Below, one piece after another: positions 63,502 to 64,000 of a DNA stretch of 64,000 bases; positions within the stretch are counted from its first letter, which is position 1; each line of letters starts with the position of its first letter. Location of the stretch: positions 128,001 through 192,000 of the forward strand of contig CAWDDT010000006.1 in the NCBI GenBank assembly GCA_963801165.1, read 5' to 3'. Source of the DNA: an uncultured bacterium (GTDB taxonomy: Bacteria > Actinomycetota > Acidimicrobiia > Spongiisociales > UBA5794). The notes under the pieces were generated by a model, which made no database searches, was not told where the DNA came from, and worked only from the letters and a program-made list of their open reading frames with translations. The position numbers and the translations under genes are program-made.

Positions 63502-64000
63502 GCGGATTGCCGATCGAAGCGGGCCCCGCCGTCTTGCGTGAGTGGCGCAGCACGGACCTGGATGCCCTTGTCTCGGAGGCGAACAACCGCGCCGTCTGGC
63601 GCAACCTGACCGACGACTTCCCTCATCCCTACTTCCGGACCGACGGCGAGTGGTGGATATCAGCGTGTCGCGAGCAGCGGCCGCCCCGGGATCTCGTGAT
63701 CAGCGTCGGCGATGATCTGGCAGGTGTGTGCGGGATGACGCTTGGCGAAGGGGTGACCGAACACGTGGGTCTGGTGGGCTACTGGATTGGCGAGCGTCAC
63801 TGGGGGAGGGGCGTGGCGACCGCGGCCCTCAATGCGTTTCTCGACTACGCCTGGGACACGTTCCCGGTGACGCGCCTCGAGGCACGGGTGTTTGCTTGGA
63901 ACCCCGCAAGCGTTCGGGTCCTCGAGAAGAATGGCTTCTCACTCGAGGGCGTACGCCGGAACGCGATCCGTAAGGACGGGGAAACCGTTGACGAGCTCGT
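63498..64000 (+). CDS. GNAT N-acetyltransferase, RimJ/RimL family (partial)
   Basis: Manual translation from ATG 63498: LREWR..D....ANNR.VWRNL.D.FPHPY...GYWIGE.HWGRG.AT...N.AS.RVLEK.GF..EG. Confidence 0.88.
   Translation, partial: MSGLPIEAGPAVLREWRSTDLDALVSEANNRAVWRNLTDDFPHPYFRTDGEWWISACREQRPPRDLVISVGDDLAGVCGMTLGEGVTEHVGLVGYWIGERHWGRGVATAALNAFLDYAWDTFPVTRLEARVFAWNPASVRVLEKNGFSLEGVRRNAIRKDGETVDEL

Overview
A GC-rich actinobacterial window, most consistent with Acidimicrobiia by gene order and rRNA features. It is almost entirely core genome on the + strand: queA-tgt-yajC-secDF-apt-relA, aspS/rarA/hisS/alaS-ruvX-mltG, an aro cluster, efp-nusB, a PyrR-regulated pyr operon, mIHF-gmk-rpoZ-coaBC-priA-def-fmt-rsmB, an FMN-riboswitch rib operon, infC-rpmI-rplT, pheST, argF, tyrS and a complete 16S-23S-5S operon. 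The standout feature is the 23S rRNA gene. It is interrupted by two group I introns, after the equivalents of E. coli U1923 and U1951, separated by a 28-nt exon. Each intron encodes its own single-motif LAGLIDADG homing endonuclease whose start codon is buried in a hairpin. Other notable signals: a candidate leaderless Phe-codon leader peptide with an antiterminator/terminator attenuator upstream of pheS; a repeat-expanded cell-surface protein between tyrS and the rRNA operon; an IF3 with an AUC start and a tandem acidic tail; a displaced, atypical hisS; and single-base frameshifts in queA and secD that are probably sequencing errors. All calls come from reading the sequence and motifs; no searches were run.
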